Shown here: one piece after another, positions 63,902 through 64,000 of the stretch | Layout of the letters: the number at the start of each line of letters is the position of its first letter | How positions within the stretch are numbered: the stretch's first letter is position 1 | Assembly: GCA_043228905.1 (NCBI GenBank) | Contig: JBHGNT010000006.1 | Span: 14,508,001-14,572,000, forward strand | Direction: 5' to 3' | Origin: Azolla caroliniana | Lineage: Eukaryota > Plantae > Polypodiophyta | DNA length: 64,000 nucleotides | Position numbers and translations under genes: made by a program | The notes under the pieces: generated by a model | The model's input: the letters and a program-made list of their open reading frames with translations, nothing else | Databases searched by the model: none | What the model was told of the DNA's origin: nothing

Positions 63902-64000
63902 TGTTGTCCACTGGAATAGTAACCAACGGACAAGAGCGTAGGAATAAGAAATAATATAAGATCATAACGCATGTAACGGTTCACGCAGGAAGCGTGAACG
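63902..64000 (+). repeat. Start of another A/B-lineage LTR running off the window
   Basis: tgttgtccactggaatagtaacc...cgcatgtaacggtt resembles 15645 onward and 26751 onward. Confidence 0.7.

Overview
This window is plant heterochromatin made almost entirely of nested transposable elements, with no intact host gene. A Tcn1/Tf1-type chromovirus and the Tat/Phygy-like lineages suggest a non-seed land plant (inference). Junctions were reconstructed by eye from LTR termini, primer-binding sites (PBS), polypurine tracts (PPT) and target-site duplications (TSD). An old Ty3/gypsy element 'A' (13553-49659) carries eight later insertions: gypsy H, gypsy B (itself holding a Tnt1-like Copia C and a truncated Copia LTR), Copia E, gag-only element G, two solo LTRs, a very young Copia F, and a 1.8-kb non-autonomous element T. 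The left end is a decayed DNA transposon (transposase-like plus ParB-like ORF) split by another Copia. The right end has a LINE relic split by a chromovirus, a ~1-kb inverted repeat, a truncated Copia, a 96-bp tandem array and a second chromovirus fragment. The most unusual signals concern priming. A and B have a PBS-complementary, tRNA-Arg-like hairpin where the PPT should be. The chromovirus and T show Tf1-type self-priming plus a covarying U3/R hairpin. Two unrelated gypsy families carry antisense tRNA-like cassettes in U3.
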